A DNA stretch of 64,000 nucleotides from an uncultured Verrucomicrobiae bacterium (GTDB lineage Bacteria > Verrucomicrobiota > Verrucomicrobiia > Chthoniobacterales > JAFAMB01). Shown here piece by piece: positions 62,858 through 64,000 of this stretch (position 1 is the stretch's first letter; the number at the start of each line of letters is the position of its first letter). The notes below the pieces were generated by a model. It saw nothing but the letters and a program-made list of their open reading frames with translations. It did not search any database and was not told the DNA's origin. The stretch spans positions 448,001 through 512,000 of the forward strand of contig CAVXLD010000010.1 of the NCBI GenBank assembly GCA_963762565.1. The letters run 5' to 3'. Both the position numbers and the translations under genes were made by a program.

Positions 62858-62965
62858 GGAGGCGAGCCGCTTTATCGTACCTGGACACGAACCCGCGCGT
62901 TAGCAGTTTGAGGCGAATCGTCCAAACAACCACTTAGCAGGCGGCTCCCGAGAATTACCCAGCGC
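62858..62965. repeat. Family K half element, copy K2
   Basis: GGAGGCGAGCCGCTTT-N64-CAGGCGGCTCCCGAGAATTACCCAGCGC. Confidence 0.82.
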
Positions 62966-62986
62966 GTTCGCTCGCTCCCCGGCCAC

Positions 62987-63155
62987 ATCGTTCTCGTCCT
63001 CGTTCTCGATAGTGGTTGAGCGGTTGAACAGGGTACGTGTCGATCTCCCCTTAAATGCATCCTCAACCCGCAGACGCAATTCCGTCATTATTCCATTACT
63101 CTAGCACTCTGCTCGGCCGGATTCGAGGACGAGGACGACGACGAGAACGAGAACG
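62987..63155. repeat. Inverted pair of TCGTYC/GAGGAC hexamer arrays
   Basis: ATCGTTCTCGTCCTCGTTCTCGA ... TCGAGGACGAGGACGACGACGAGAACGAGAACGA. Same family at 45678-45705 and 47108-47274. Confidence 0.85.
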
Positions 63156-63209
63156 AAGCCACATCACACCGCCTGTCTTTTTTCCTGAACGCACGCTAGA
63201 GATAGAACC

Positions 63210-63668
63210 ATGAAATGGATCCTGCTATGCTGGTTTCTTTTCGTCCCGTTCGTGCTCAAAGCCCAAGAGGCAACCAATGACGGGAAAATCATGCTGACTG
63301 TCATCTTGCGTTACAACGAAAACAAAACGATCGAGGACATCGACAATCACCTCGCCCAAACCGGATTCTACAAGAATTTCCCGCCAGAGGGGGTCGAGAT
63401 TGTTTCCTACAACATCGTCATGGGGATCGGCCATATCATCACGCTGAGGCTGCCTCCTGATAAGCTGAGAGAAGTCAACGTCGCTTTCGAAAAAGGGGTC
63501 TGGAGCGCCTTCCGGACTGAATTTTATCCGACCTACGATTACGTGCACATTTTTAACGAGTTAAAGCAGAACGCACCTACCCCACAGCCCGAATCCACCA
63601 CCACGCCAGCCCGTCCCACCCCCTCTCCGACTCCAACCCCCAAACGCACCGTTCATCATCGGAGTTAA
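63210..63668 (+). CDS. Exported hypothetical protein with Pro/Thr tail
   Basis: Signal peptide; globular core FPPEGVE..MGIG..TEFYPTYD. Function not recognised. Confidence 0.75.
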   Translation: MKWILLCWFLFVPFVLKAQEATNDGKIMLTVILRYNENKTIEDIDNHLAQTGFYKNFPPEGVEIVSYNIVMGIGHIITLRLPPDKLREVNVAFEKGVWSAFRTEFYPTYDYVHIFNELKQNAPTPQPESTTTPARPTPSPTPTPKRTVHHRS

Positions 63669-63670
63669 CG

Positions 63671-63714
63671 CAGGCATTTCATGCCTGGCTACCATCTTTC
63701 GTCCCTCCGGGACA
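63671..63714. repeat. Family B solo right arm (uninterrupted), followed by ACTCC octamer array (63723-63770)
   Basis: CAGGCATTTCATGCCTGGCTACCATCTTTCGTCCCTCCGGGAC aligns with 39939-39983. Confidence 0.78.
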
Positions 63715-63874
63715 TGCCCACCGAATACAACACTCCAGCACTCCGGTACTCCAATACTCCCTTCACTCCTCACCCCTTCTGGCCCGAATTTAAGTTGACA
63801 AAGTAGAGGCAATGGCCCAGCTTCCGAGTTCCTTCGGCCCGAGGGCCATTAACGCGAGCTGTCAGCACTGAACT

Positions 63875-64000
63875 ATGTCCAGTAATCTCCTCGAGGAAGC
63901 ATCCAAAGTCATTACAAACACCGCGGTCCTCATCAACTTGGTTTCCAAGCGGGTCCGACAGTTGACCAACGGCCAAAGGCCGTTAGTCGAAATCGGTCCT
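63875..64000 (+). CDS. rpoZ: RNA polymerase omega subunit (partial, runs off window)
   Basis: Own translation MSSNLLEEASKVITNTAVLINLVSKRVRQLTNGQRPLV has the L-x3-SKRVRQL omega motif. TTGACA upstream at 63795. Confidence 0.75.
   Translation, partial: MSSNLLEEASKVITNTAVLINLVSKRVRQLTNGQRPLVEIGP

Noticed and set aside
62832..62985. Possible 6S RNA or riboswitch downstream of tgt
   Set aside because: The pairing is explained by the family K half element shared with 45730-45965, and no diagnostic ncRNA motif was recognised.

Overview
Bacterial core-genome window, most likely Verrucomicrobiota and possibly Chthoniobacterales. This is inferred from protein style and PVC-type ribosomal gene order; no database search was run. 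The first ~10 kb is accessory: DHA2 transporter 3' end, lipoprotein hydrolase, YciI, Tat-signal MmgE/PrpD, a secreted hypothetical, a GDSL remnant, cyclophilin, CutA and DUF885. Then comes the str-S10-spc-alpha ribosomal cluster on the minus strand (rpsL to rpsD), lacking tuf, rpsN, rpmD, rpoA and rplQ. The rest holds RNase P RNA, cysK, two bactofilins, gyrB/gyrA, bamA/skp, mqnC, ruvB, mlaEFD, hrpB, a DEAD-box helicase, purC, ppk2, tgt and the start of rpoZ. No tRNA, rRNA, CRISPR array or transposase was seen. The striking feature is the intergenic DNA. Most of the larger spacers outside the ribosomal operon are filled by many families of palindromic elements. These include ~210-240 bp GTAG/GGAG REPIN-like units whose hairpin loops carry ~65-nt variable segments, smaller 24-85 bp elements nested inside them up to three levels deep, and inverted pairs of 6-9-mer tandem arrays. 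One 30-bp member appears to be inserted in frame inside the prpD-like gene, and several genes take their stop codon from a repeat.
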